DNA of 64,000 nucleotides from the NCBI GenBank assembly GCA_976551045.1, contig CDPCPM010000018.1, positions 1,984,001 through 2,048,000 of the forward strand, given 5' to 3'. The DNA comes from Glaucostegus cemiculus (lineage: Eukaryota). Made by a program: the position numbers and the translations under genes. Under the pieces are notes generated by a model. That model was not told where the DNA came from and did not search any database. It was given only the letters and a program-made list of their open reading frames with translations. Shown here piece after piece: positions 13,196 to 25,307 of the stretch (positions are counted from its first letter, which is position 1; each line of letters opens with the position of its first letter).

Positions 13196-13502
13196 TTTAG
13201 GACTCTAAATGTGGATTAAAAATTAAATATTGCAAGGATATGGGCATTGTTGCCAAAACTAGCAGTTATCGTCCATTCCCAACAGCCTTTTGTAAAAAAA
13301 AGAGAGCAGCCTTCTCAGCAACTGCAGACTTTGAGAAGTCCTGTGAGTTAGAAAAGACCTGAACCCTTATATTTACATAATTTAATATTTTATATAATTA
13401 ATTAGCATTGTTTGTGCATATTTTAATACTGGGCAATGTCAATGCATTCAAGCCAGGCTCAAGCAAATAATTTAATTTTACTATAACAAAATATGTGGTT
13501 AC

Positions 13503-13722
13503 CGAATTTCACTCTGCAGGTCAGAGCTGGCCAGAGTATTTCGTAGCATCTTCTGAAGATCAGAGAAATGGAGTACTGAAACCTCTTCATAGTCCATATT
13601 TAAATAATCACCATCATCATCCTCAACAGTTGGTTCTGGAGATGGTTCTGGAGATGGTACTGTTACAGCAGTCAATGCTCCTGATGTTTGACCACGAAAT
13701 GCGAGATAACCAACTAGAAATC
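13503..13722 (-). CDS. TFRC: TFRC exon 4 (end of TM helix, stalk, start of ectodomain): FLVGYLAFRGQTSGALTAVTVPSPEPSPEPTVEDDDGDYLNMDYEEVSVLHFSDLQKMLRNTLASSDLQSEI
   Basis: 220 nt, gtcag|GATT...TCG|gtaac; phase 1 in, phase 2 out; GF..GYL and L...DL..ML motifs. Confidence 0.92.
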
Positions 13723-14249
13723 CTGACGAACAGAACAATATCATTAAGTGCAAGTGGGGTTGCATGTTAGGTAGAACTCTTACCACTCCATTTTCTGGAA
13801 GAAAAAGCAAAATATTTACCATGATGCTTCCCATTTGCATTTTCAGTCAAATGTTTCACTGATGACTGCTCAGTATTCATGGTATTATTCTGAATATAAT
13901 AAACCCATATATTAACAGCACAAGAGCCTATTCTAAACACTTCTTTTGGATGAATGATCAATCCCTAATCTCACTGCCATGTTTCCCTTTGCATCAATAA
14001 GCATTTCAGTTAAAGGATAGAAATAATTTCTATCACTTCCTGCAGCGAGGATGCAATACATTGAACAAGAGCTCCCACAATCAACAGATTAAATCAAAGC
14101 TCTGCAAACCTATCGCTTATAGTTCAGAGTTGTTAACACCAAGAACCTCCCCATCCTCAACAATGGCAGAGGTAAGGAAGGTTTAAAGAGTGAGGAGGCC
14201 TGAGATTTTGTCATCAAGAGAAGATCTGAGGTACTGAAAGGTCCTAGAA

Positions 14250-14650
14250 TTAGAATCAGTCATCAAGTCATACAGCACAATAACAGGCCCTTCAACTCAC
14301 CATGCCCATGCTGCCCACTGTACCCACCTACACTAATCCCATTTACCCACATTAGGTCCACAGCTTTCAGTGCCTTCGTAATTCTATTCCTCAGGTTGTG
14401 CATTCTAAACTCCAACTACCTTGTCTGATCCTCCCCTCACTCCCCCCCGCTACACCCTCAGAATCCCCTCTAATCCTCTTACCTCTCAAACCTATGCCCT
14501 CTTTTTTGAGACACCCTGACAATGGGAAGAAGAATTTTACTTTGACCTATCTATCCCCCCTCAATTATTATACACTTCTAATAGGTCAGCCCACAGCCTT
14601 CTTCACTGCAGGGAAAAGCAAACCCAGCCTATCCAGCCTCTCCTTAACAA
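14250..14650 (-). mobile_element. CR1 3' fragment
   Basis: Reverse CR1 terminus (acagcacaataacaggcccttc) and LDRLGL coding remnant. Confidence 0.7.
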
Positions 14651-15486
14651 AAGCAGAGAAGCTTAAAAGAGGAGACCTTAACCAGCTCAGACTCCACTCT
14701 TGATTGTGTATGCCAGAAAGTGATGACAAAGAATAACAGGTAAGTGATTGGAGGGTATTCTTTCTCAAGATTTCCATCATTCCACCCTCCCCCACTCCCA
14801 ACTCTTCTGATTGGACAAAAGTTTTAAAGCAGGACCTATCAGTGTGGGGAAGTGGTGAAATTCAATTCAAATTAATTAATCCAAATAATGAATTATAAAC
14901 AGATAGCTGGGCAAATGATAGATACGTTGTAGTTGCATCAAATGGGAACTAGTACCCCACTGTGGTTAACAATGACTATCTGAAACAAGCATTGGCTGCT
15001 CCAGGCCCTTCAGGTCAGATCTGATGAGCTCGTGTCAGAGTTTAAGACACTTCAATATATCAGGGAGGGGGAAAATTTCCTGGACAAAAATGTTCCAGAA
15101 AACAACCACAGCTCTTAGATTAACTATACTGAATTTGCCAAATGATTAGGGATAATGACACTGCAGAAGAGGCAGGTAGACTGATCTGAAGGGTAGTTCT
15201 AGAAGAGCATCAGCCTTTACCCTTGACCAACAGGTTCTTGCTCCTTGTGTGGACTGCAGGGAGGATGTACAAACTGCCCATAGCACCACGGGCCACTTAA
15301 GATTGGGGGCGGGGAAGAGGCGGGGGAAGGATGGTGTGGGTAGGAGAAAAATGTAGTGTTATTTGATATTAAGGGGTAAAGAAATGGCAGATACCTTAAA
15401 CCATTGCCTTTCATTGGTATTCATGAAGGAGGACATCACAAATATCATGATGATAATAGATGGGCTAGTTTCAAATATCATGGAAT

Positions 15487-15722
15487 AGCACAATAGCGTA
15501 GCGGTTAGCACAATGCTGTTACAGCACCAGTTTGATTCCCGTCGCTGACTGTAAGGAGTTCCTACGTTCTCCCGTGTCTGCGTGGGTTTTCTCCGGATGC
15601 TCCGGTTTACTCCCACATTCTAAAAAGACGTACGGGTAGGTTAATTTGGGGGTTTAAAAATGGGCGGCGCGGACTCATTGGGCCGAAAGGGCCTGTTACC
15701 ATGCTGTAAATAAATTTTAAAA
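15487..15722 (+). mobile_element. V-SINE, CR1-tail subfamily
   Basis: Head tagcgtagcggttagc, V-domain, tail gggccgaaagggcctgttaccatgctgtaaataaatt; inverted relative to the 12150 copy. Confidence 0.88.
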
Positions 15723-15859
15723 AAACTAGCATAAATATCAATCACAAGGGACAAAACATTAGAAAAACTCTCAGAACTAAAAGGTAGACAATACAGGACC
15801 CAAAAGATGTGCTTGCAAAAAGATTTAAGCAAGTGGCTGCAGATATATTGCACCCGCTA

Positions 15860-17590
15860 GCTGAACCTTTTCCCAAATCTCACTGGAACCAGTGGATTGG
15901 AAAATAGCAAACATGACTCGCTTGCTCAAGGAGGGAAGTCCAAAGGCAAGAAACTATGCCAGTTGATTTAAACATGTATCATCAGCAAGTGCCAGAGTCA
16001 ATAATCAAAGAAATAGCTAATCATTTAGGAAAGCTTAATGTAATCAAACCAAGTCAACATGGTTTCATGAAAGGCAAACGTTTGACAAATTTGCTTGAGT
16101 TCATTGAGGACGTAACATGCAGAGTAGATAGAGGGGAACCTGTAGATGTGGTGTATTTGGACTTCCAAAAGGGATTTGACAAGGTGCCACGTAATAGACT
16201 AGTGCAGAAGTACAGTGTTTGTGGTACTGGATGAAGTGTATTAGCCGGCCTTGAAAATTGGTTATCAGATACAGGATGGAATTGGAACAAATGTCATTTT
16301 CTGATTATTAGGATGTAAATAGTAGAATATGCCAGGGATCAATTTTTGGTTCACAATTATTTACTATTTATGTTGATGACCTGGACAAGGGGACAGAATA
16401 CACAGTATCAACATTTGCTGATGACACAAAACATAGATGGAAAGGCAAATTGTGATGGGGTATTACAACTCCGCAATAGGATATAAATGGAGTCATACAG
16501 CATGGAAATAGGAACCTTGGACCTAGTCCACACTGTCCATCAAGCCTTGTTTGCACTATTTCTATTTAAATCACCTCATGCCCGAAACACCCCCTAGATT
16601 CCACCATTCACCTACATACTAAAAGGGTAACTTACTGTGGTCAATTAACTTATCAACCTACATCTTTGGGATGCAGGAAGAAACCAGAGCATTAAGAAGA
16701 AACCCACAGAGTAACAGGGAGAATGTGCAAACTCCTCTGGAGGTCAGGATTGAACCTGGGACAGTGGTGTTATGAGTCAACAGCTCTACTGACTGCACAA
16801 CAGTGTCACTTACATTGAATATTTAAGCAAAAACTTGGAAAGTGAAGTTTAATGTGGGAGTGTGTGAAGTCATGCAATTTGGTAAGAGAAATCAAAAGAC
16901 ATTATCTAAATGGAAAAAGACTACCAACAGGTGGGATCCTGGCATACTTGTGCATGAAAGGCAAAAGCTAACAGGCAGGTGTAGCAATAGTTGAGAGCAA
17001 ATGGCATTTTGGCCTTTATTGCAAAGGGTTAGAGTTTAGAATTAGGAACAATTTGTTGCAATTGTGCAGGCGTTGGCGAGGCCACACCTTGAGCACTGCA
17101 CCTAATTTTGGTTCCCCTTACCCAAAAATGGATATACTGGTATTGGTGGGAGTGCAAAAGAGATTCACCAGGCTATCTCCTGTGATGAGATCATTGTCCT
17201 ATCAAGAAACTAAGCAGGATTTAGAAGGATGAAGTGTGATCATATTGAAACCAAGATCCTAAGAGCATGACAAAGTAGGTATCGAGATACTTTCTTAAAT
17301 GAGAAGACATAGTTTAAAGATAAGGCTGTGGACATTTAAAACAGAGGTATGTGGAAATTTCTTCCTGCAGAGGTTGTTGAATCTCTGGAATTCTCTGCTC
17401 CACAGAGTTGTGGAGGCTAGCTCAATGAAATTATTTAAAGAGGAGGTAGAAAATTTTTTGAAAAATTGAAGATTAAGGGCTATGAGGATCTGGCACAGAG
17501 TCACTGAAGTCTGGGGCAGGTCAGTTGTGATCGTAATGAATGGGTGATGCAGACTTTAGAGGCCAGATGACTTAGACCTCTTCTATTTCC
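15860..17590 (+). mobile_element. Old CR1 RT-to-3' fragment with nested SINE
   Basis: SQHGFMKGK.LTNLLEF..VDRGEPVDVVYLDFQK.FDKVP, FADDT, RPHLE and LWNSL motifs. Confidence 0.88.
16493..16810 (-). mobile_element. Older V-SINE inserted in CR1
   Basis: Reverse V-domain (tttgggatgcaggaagaaaccagagc...gagaatgtgcaaactcc) and B-box-like ggattgaacctggg; splits the CR1 RT. Confidence 0.75.
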
Positions 17591-17999
17591 TTGTGAGTAC
17601 CAAAGACAAGCATTCGCAAGCATGCACAGAAGTGCCAAATTGATGATCCATCTTGCCTTCATTATGGAGATCCCCACCACTACAGAAGTCAGTCTTCAGC
17701 CAATTTGATTCACTCCTCAGGATATCATTAAAAGAATGACAGCAAGCCCCATTTGGCAGCAACGCATGCAGAGGACATTAGCGTAGATAGACATCATGGT
17801 CAGCATGCATGAGGTGGTTGTAGGGCCCATTTCTGTGCTGTATGTTTCTATGATTGTAAGTCTCCTACTATTAAAATCCTGGGTTTCAACAGTGATCAGA
17901 AACTCAGCTGGGCTAGCCACTTGAATATTGTGGCTACGATAGCAAGTCATATGCTGGAAATACCGTGGCAACAAACTTAACTCCTGAGGATAGCCTACC

Positions 18000-18940
18000 A
18001 CAACTTCAGCACAATTATTCTCAACACTGGTGCCCCCTACTCTACTCCCTATATACTCATGACTGCATGGCCAGATTCTGCTCTAACTCCATCTACAAGT
18101 TTGCAGATGATACCACCGTAGTGGGCAGCATCTCAAATAACAATGAGTCGGAGTACAGGAAGGAGATAGAGAGCTTAGTGACATAGTGTCATGTCAACAA
18201 CCTTTCCCTCAATATCAGCAAAACAAAAGAGCTGGTCACTGACTTCAGGAAAGGGGGCTGTGTACATTAATGGTGCCGAGGTCAAGATGGTTGACAGCTT
18301 CAATTTCCAAGGAGTGAACATCACCAATAGTCTGTTCTGGTCCAAACACGTAGAAGCCATGACCAAGAAAGCTCACTAGCGACTGCTTCCTTAGGAAGCT
18401 AAAGAAATTTGGCATGTACCCTTTGACACTCACCACCTTTTATCGATGCACTGTCATAAATATTCTATCCAGATGCATCATGGCTTGGTATAGCAACTGC
18501 TCTGCCCATGACCACAAGAAACTAGAGAGTTGTGGAAACCTGCCTCCCCTCCATGAACCCTGTCTATACTTCTTGCTGCCTCAGTAATGCCGCCAACGTA
18601 ATCAAAGACCCCCTCCCAACAGGCAGTAGATACAAAAGCCGGAAAGCATATGCCACCAGGCTCAAGAGCAGTTCCTATCCTTCTGTTACAAGGCTACTGA
18701 ATGGCTCCCTAGTACGATGAGATGGGAGTCTTGATCTCACAATCTACCTTGTTATGACCTTGAACCTTATTGTCTGCCTGCACTGCACTTTCTCTGTAAC
18801 TGTAACACTTTATTCTACATTCTGTTATTGTTTTCCCTTGTACTTTCTCAACGTAACATTGCAATGAATTGATCTGCACGGATGACATGCAAAATAGTTT
18901 TTCCACTGTACCTCGGTACACGTGACAATGATAAACCAAC
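18000..18940 (+). mobile_element. Rex1/Babar-clade LINE, RT and 3' end (deleted, stops)
   Basis: PLLYSLYTHDC, YKFADDTTVVG.ISNN.ESEYRKEI, NLSLN..KTKEL..DFRK, FLRKLKKFG; terminus ttccactgtacctcggtacacgtgacaat. Confidence 0.88.
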
Positions 18941-19302
18941 TTAATTTCTACAATGAAATTTTTGGCACCCATTGCCGAGTCTACAAAAGGTTAGCTATAT
19001 TCTTCTCTCCCACTACTCTCCTCTGATTACATTTCTCCACTATACTTCAGAAAATAACTACTTATATTACAGTCAGAAACTTGGCAGCCATAATCCTTTC
19101 AATGCAATTTAAAAAACAAAGTACACAAGATTTATCAGTAATTGCAATTTGCTAACAGGAAATTACTAATCAGAGATTTCAAATAAAATTACGTCAACTT
19201 TGACTAAACATAGCAGTAACAAAAAGCACTGTGCATCACAAACACATGCAGGTTGGAAGGAGAAGAGGAAAGTAAGTGGCACACAGAAAATGTTATTCTT
19301 AC

Positions 19303-19519
19303 CTATTACAAGAAAGAAAATGGCAAACATCAAAGTTCTCATGATTCCTTTACAGTTATTGTGAGGCTTCCGGATGTGAGTCTGCATGCCATCTGGCATT
19401 CCATCTCCCATTTCCTCATCATTTTCGGTGTCTGCTGATTTCATCTCAACTCTGCTGATATCTCCATCTGCTTGACGTGTTAGACTAAAACGAGTATATG
19501 ATCTTAACTCACCTCCAAA
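19303..19519 (-). CDS. TFRC: TFRC exon 3 (cytoplasmic tail with YTRF endocytosis signal, start of TM helix): FGGELRSYTRFSLTRQADGDISRVEMKSADTENDEEMGDGMPDGMQTHIRKPHNNCKGIMRTLMFAIFFLVI
   Basis: 217 nt, cttttag|TTTGG...ATAG|gtaag; FGGE..SYTRFSL.RQ.DGD.S.VEMK is TfR1-specific (YTRF at 19487-19498). Confidence 0.97.
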
Positions 19520-19589
19520 CTAAAAGCAAATTAAAAGGTTAATGTTGTCAATGTAACAGTTTGTAAATAAATAATTTAAATCACTTACT

Positions 19590-19890
19590 AATAGGGAAGA
19601 GAAGGTCATATAGCTAGAACTACACTACCATTTACTTTTGTTACTCAAGTCTCTACCTTTTCACTTTCCCCACTTAATCCTCATTTTCTCACATTCCCTT
19701 CAGTATCTAAAAATATTCCCATCTCAACTTTAAGTATACCCTTTGACTAAGAATCTGCAGTTCTTTGGTGTCAAGACTCCCAAACATTCACAGCCCTCCA
19801 AGCCAAAAAGCTGCTTGTTCCAGTGCTAAATGGTCATCCTCATAATCTGAGATTTTGCTCCATAGTTCTGAAATCTCCAGCCATGGGAAA
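19590..19890 (-). mobile_element. Degenerate CR1 3' fragment
   Basis: Reverse similarity to the CR1 3' coding end. Confidence 0.5.
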
Positions 19891-20351
19891 CTGCTCCACA
19901 GCAACTTGTTGTTTTGCTAAAGTGTACAAGTGTAACCTTAACCTTTCTGCTTTGGGTAATGCCTTCACCACAGCAATCATCCTTAGAAATGTAAGAAACA
20001 TGTGTACGTACAAAATTCACAAATTAAAACTGGTTAGTTCAATTGCAAAATGTAGTAAAAGAAAAACCCTTAAACACCAAGGCAACATAGCATGTAGAAG
20101 AGAGCATAATTCAAATACATGCTCTTGCAATTTCACAATTCTTCTGCTGCATCACTATCTTAGTGACCTCAGATCAAATGTCTTGACATATAATGACCTG
20201 GCAATATAATCCAATTAGCAACACTATATCCTTCATATTACCCAACCCTATTTTTATTTCTAAAAATTGTAATCAATGGTCAAAATTCAAGCACAGTACG
20301 AGACTAACTGCATCACCATACAGCAAAATAGGCACCAAAATAATTACTTAC

Positions 20352-20384
20352 GAAATTAGAAATGGCCGCTCTAATACTATCCAT
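20352..20384 (-). CDS. TFRC: TFRC exon 2 coding part with start codon: MDSIRAAISNF
   Basis: ATG at 20384-20382, donor TTC|gtaagt, phase 0 into exon 3; resembles TfR1 N-terminus MDQARSAFSNL. Candidate acceptors give exon starts at 20411 or 20393. Confidence 0.9.
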
Positions 20385-21607
20385 TTGGCTTATCTGAAGA
20401 AATTTAGTTACCTGAAAGTAAAATGAAAGTTACCAAATAAATGACAGTAGCCTGAGATTCAATACCTTCTATCATTTTATCTGATGTGTTTAGAATTATG
20501 AATCATGTTCGGCACAGCTTTGTGGGCCGAAGGGCCTGAATTGTGCTGTAGTTTTTCTATGTTTCTATCAGAATCCAAATAAGAACCCAAGGTTTGGAAC
20601 AAAAATTAAGTTTTGTAGGAGAGATAAAGGTGCCAAAAGGAGAAAACCTACCAAAGCAAGAGTAATTCAGCAGGTTTTCTTCAAGAAAATAACAATGCCC
20701 AGCTATGCAGTAGTGGGTTTGTCTGTTTGACACTTCTACATTTCCATTGAATTTAATGGAACAGAATTTCCAAAGCAGAGTAAAACATGCTGTGCAATGC
20801 TATAATGGCATAGTGCTTCCCAACCCATGAATCTGTGAAACAGCCCACCTCCTTAAAAATAACAGCTTATCATGTTATCAGATATTTATTAGGGGCATGA
20901 TATTGTTTTTAAAAAGTGAATACAAATGGGAATTCCATGCAAAGGGTAGGAACCACTAATGTAGCACATTTAGCAGCATCAAACCAGAATGAATTTTCAG
21001 GCCAAAGTGCTCACAGTTCTCATCTAGTTGCCAAACTGCACCCAATTACTAATTGAAGGACAGTCTTAAAAAAAAGCAAGTCAATTCATACCAAATCAAA
21101 TGGCAAGCTGACCACTGGCAGTCTTGTGCCTTTAGTTGTTGCTCAAGTTCAAACATATCCCATGCATTGGAAAAACAAGTCAACACAAATGTTACTCTTA
21201 AAAATATAGACTTTGAAATAATGTGTTTTTAAAAAAAGGCCTTGATACATCAGCAGCAGCTAATTCCAATCCTGGTATCAGATGTCTGGCTCACTGTCTC
21301 TGAAGTGCTGGAAATGGGTGGTCGTGAAACTGATGGTCCCCTTTTCCATACAGCCACAATCTAGATTCTGATTTCCTCTTAAAAGTTCAGAAATTTGCAC
21401 AAGCACAACCTCTGACCCTCTGCAAGTGTATATTTTACTTGTAGCTTGAAGAAATCTCACTAAGCATTATAATTAAGGCAATATTCAAGACACACTATCA
21501 AAGATGTAATAATGTTAAAAAACAGTCAAAGATACGGTTTAAAGAGTCAAATTAATTATTGAAGACTACATATCATCCAAAGTCAATTATGCTTTAGTTT
21601 TCAAACT

Positions 21608-21862
21608 ATAAGATTTCTTTATTAGCGACATGTACATCGAAACACACAGTGAAATGCATCTTTTGTGTACAGTGTTCTGGGGGCAGCCCACAAGTGTCAC
21701 CACACTTCTGGCGCCAACAAAGCATGCCCACAACTTCCTAACCTGTACAGTTTTGGAATGTGGGAGGAAATTGGAGCACCCAGAGGAAACCCATGCAGAC
21801 ACGGGGGAGAAGGTACAAACTCCTGTAAAGTGTTAAGCTAATTGCTACATTACCATGCCTGC
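21608..21862 (-). mobile_element. V-SINE, Rex/Babar-like-tail subfamily (head partly deleted)
   Basis: V-domain followed by tail gcatttcactgtgtgtttcgatgtacatgtcgctaataaag. Confidence 0.85.
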
Positions 21863-23439
21863 CATACAATCAAATAATTGTACAGTATTGCAAATTCTCT
21901 TTGACATTAAGCCAGCTAAAATGAAACAGTAATTCTGCTTTGGCAAAGGCAAAATCTGTATTTATTTACAGCAGCAGTTTTCAATAACTAGCCTGTAAAG
22001 CGAGGTGTGATATTACATTGGTCCCATTATAGTCTCTCTCTTATTTTTAAGGAAATGGGCAGGAAGGCGTGATCCTCTATCCCAAGGTCAGAACTTGAAA
22101 TATTCGCAGAATGTTCAATTCCATTCACATATCGTCACATAATGGAACAGTCTATGTTTGCACGCATAAAAAATAAATAAATAAAAATAAATTTAAAAAA
22201 AACCACACAAAACAGTCAGATAACATGCATCAACCATTTCCCCCAATTTGTACCAAAATCCTGGTGCTTCCAATCTAACAGCGCAATAGAAGTACTTTCG
22301 GCACTCTAGACTTCTACAATTCAAAGTATCAAAGGTAGTGAGGAATGAGCACCACATACGATACATGGATGAAAGGCTTCCATATTTTATATATAGGCTT
22401 GTGGCTTACCAGAGCTAGTGGAATACAGAGAGGGAATGAGTTCCACACAAAAATCATTGATTACACTATTTGAGAAAGGTGTCTGATTCAGGCCATCTTA
22501 TTTTCAGAGATCTGCTAAATGACATCACTGATTGAAGGTTTTAGCTGATGGACCAAAGAACTGACAAGTGAAAGTTGCGGTATTTTGCAAAAAAAACCTG
22601 CAAGTCTGTAGCCATTTCTAAAGAACTGAACAGCATAGATGGCATTGAAGATATGAAGTACACTTACCACAAAGTCTCATTTAAAAAAATTAAGTACATA
22701 ATAATTTTGAAGATCAAGAGTTTTTAAAATCTCTGCACACAAATTTAAAATCATGATTCTAAACTAAAAGCATTTCCTTAGTCAGAACTTGCACTCCTGA
22801 AGTTGCATAGTATGCTTATTGAGATTCCAAATGGCCCATAGAGGGCACTGCACTGTTGTCAATCAACACTTCCACTACCTTGCATAAAATTGCAAAGGAT
22901 TAAATTGATAAGGGCAAGTCTTAATTAGCGCGAGGTGGTGTTGAATGGTTACGGGAATTTTCTGGCCAAAGAATTGTTATGAAATTGCAAAAATAGCAGC
23001 AAAGTTGCATACGCCACATAAACGGCAACTAATCTGGTATTTTAAGCTAAGGAAAGAATATTGCATGCTGCAGTGGAACTTGGAAGACAATCATAGGAGC
23101 ACATCAACTGGATTTCAGATTAACATAATACCAAATGATGGCACTGCTAACACTAAAGCAAGGAGTGCCCACCTGGATTGCAAAGTCTCAGTTTTGTTGT
23201 AGACTTGAATACAATCTTCTGTAATTCATAAATTATCACTATCACCAACGTAACACTACACGATACTAAGTACTTGCACTATTACATTAGGGGCTGAGTA
23301 TTTGGACTCAGCAGGGGGTGTCCCTCTGAGTTGATGTGGCATTAGGATAATATTCAATGTACATCAAAACAACCTATAGTGGAAGACCACAGACTGGTCG
23401 GGTACAGTATTCAGCAGTTGCTCTACACTTTAAAGAGTA

Positions 23440-23995
23440 CAAGTAGTTTAAGTAGAAGGCCATTTGTTTCATTGAGTTTGCTCCATTATTTAACAAGATC
23501 ATGGCTCATCAAACATCATTTTCCTGCCCTTCTCCCATATCCCCTTAATATCCAAAAATCTATTGATCTCCGTTTTGAACACAATTAATGACTTGGCCTC
23601 CATAGCCCCTAGTACTGAGGCTCTCAAGGATTCAAAAGTGCAGAAATTTCTCCCTTTCTCAGCCCAAAATGGCCAACTCCCTTTTCTGAGACTGTGATCT
23701 CCTGTTCCAGACTCTTAGCCATGGAAAACATCCTCTCCACATCTATCCTGTTGAGTGCTACAAGTACTTTCTATGTCTCAGTGAGATCATCTCTCATGCT
23801 TTTAAACCCTATAGGATGGAGTCTTGTCCACTCAATCTCCCCTTGTGTGACAGACCTACAATCTCAGGTAATAATCTGGTGAAACACACAAAATGCTGGA
23901 GTAACTCAGCAGGTCAGGTAGCATCTATAGATGGAAACGGACAGTCAACATTTCGGGCTGAGATCCTTCCAAATCTTCACTGCATTCCTTCACTA
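23440..23995 (-). mobile_element. Old CR1 3' fragment with a short Penelope-like terminal insertion at ~23882-23970
   Basis: Reverse CR1 3' end; CR1 sequence resumes after an inserted aaaatgctggagtaactcagcaggtcagg segment. Confidence 0.6.
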
Positions 23996-24909
23996 ACAAC
24001 TATTTGCAAATTAATCTTCAAACCACACTCTTGTTCATCTGCATGCAAAATTCACACAACTCACCCCAGAAAGTTTTTCAAGCGTACCATGCTTGACTGA
24101 ACGGAATGCTTGTACTCAAAAGACATTAACAATTCAGGTTGGAGGACAAAAAAAATCTCCACTCAAAGATGAACTGAAATAAATTCTCTGTCTAGCCATG
24201 CCAGCTGAAGAAGTACATTAGCTATTTTGGTCAGAATAGGTATTGAAACTAAAAAAAAAGGTCAAGATATTAAACGAGAGTCTCTAGACATCACTCCATA
24301 AAATTACAGTGAAAGTCCTTACCCATTCAGCTCTCGTCAACCAGGACTAAAATAAAAGTCAACCACAGAAAAATTCACTCCATTTACCAATGAGCAGTTA
24401 AGAAACTGACGCTGTCGCTCATCAGCCTCGAGGGAAAATGTTTTCAATAACCTTGGTTTTAGAATAATGAAAGCTTTAAAGATATGAAACAGTAAATTCC
24501 CTGCACTGCAACAATAAAACTCAACTGTAAAATACAGGTTGAAAAACTGCATTGCCACAGCAGATTCCCTGATTTTAGCAAAAAATAAAATTTAGGATAA
24601 AATAAGGTCATTCCCTTCTCTGGTACATGAAATAAGATAAAGCACAAGGTGCAAAGTAATTAAACCATATCAAGCTTGATAGAATGTGCAAAAATATTTC
24701 CAACATTGTGAAAAATCAAATATGATATTCAAATGAAGCATCACTACAAGAGTCTCAAAATTTACTTAATTTGAAAGGCATGGATAGCAGTAAAATCGAC
24801 CTTGGGAGCTGCTTCTGCTCTAGCCATTAATCAATTAAATCAAAATGGCAACAACTATTGGTGCTGGAAGTCTTAAGAAAAAAAAATGCGGAGTATTCCC
24901 AACATTTTT

Positions 24910-25213
24910 AGATAAGATAAAACAAGATAAGATCTTTATTAGTCACGTACATTGAAACACACAGTGAAATACATCTTTTGCATAGTGATTTTGGGGGCAG
25001 CCAGCAAGTGTCGCCACGCCTCCGGCGCCAACATAACATGCCCACAACTTCCTAACCTGTACATCTTTGGAATGTGGGAGGAAACCGAAGCAGCCCGAGG
25101 AAACCCACACAAACACGGGGAGAACATACAAACTCCTTACAGACAATGGCTGGATTTGAACCCGGGTCACTGGCACTGTAAAGCATTGTGCTAACCATTA
25201 TGCTACTGTGCCA
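24910..25213 (-). mobile_element. V-SINE, Rex/Babar-like-tail subfamily, full length, TCTTA-type tail
   Basis: Minus strand: ggcacagtagcataatggttagc (A box), gggttcaaatcc (B box), V-domain, tail atttcactgtgtgtttcaatgtacgtgactaataaagatcttatc. Confidence 0.9.
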
Positions 25214-25307
25214 GCCTGTTTTCTGTTCCATTACACAAAATGTTGCACACCATATGTAGTAAATTTCGTGCATTAGAAGGCAATGCCCCTATCTTATTTG
25301 TGTACCT

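Noticed and set aside
284-20384. Assignment as TFR2 or FOLH1/PSMA
   Set aside because: YTRF tail, MD..R.A.SN.FGGE N-terminus, NHTQFPP and exon sizes/phases fit TFRC; the catalytic His/Glu of PSMA are absent.
22668-22680. ATGAGACTTTGTG|gtaagtg as an alternative first coding exon
   Set aside because: Phase 1 donor is incompatible with phase 0 exon 3, no similarity to the TfR N-terminus, and no clear acceptor or promoter.
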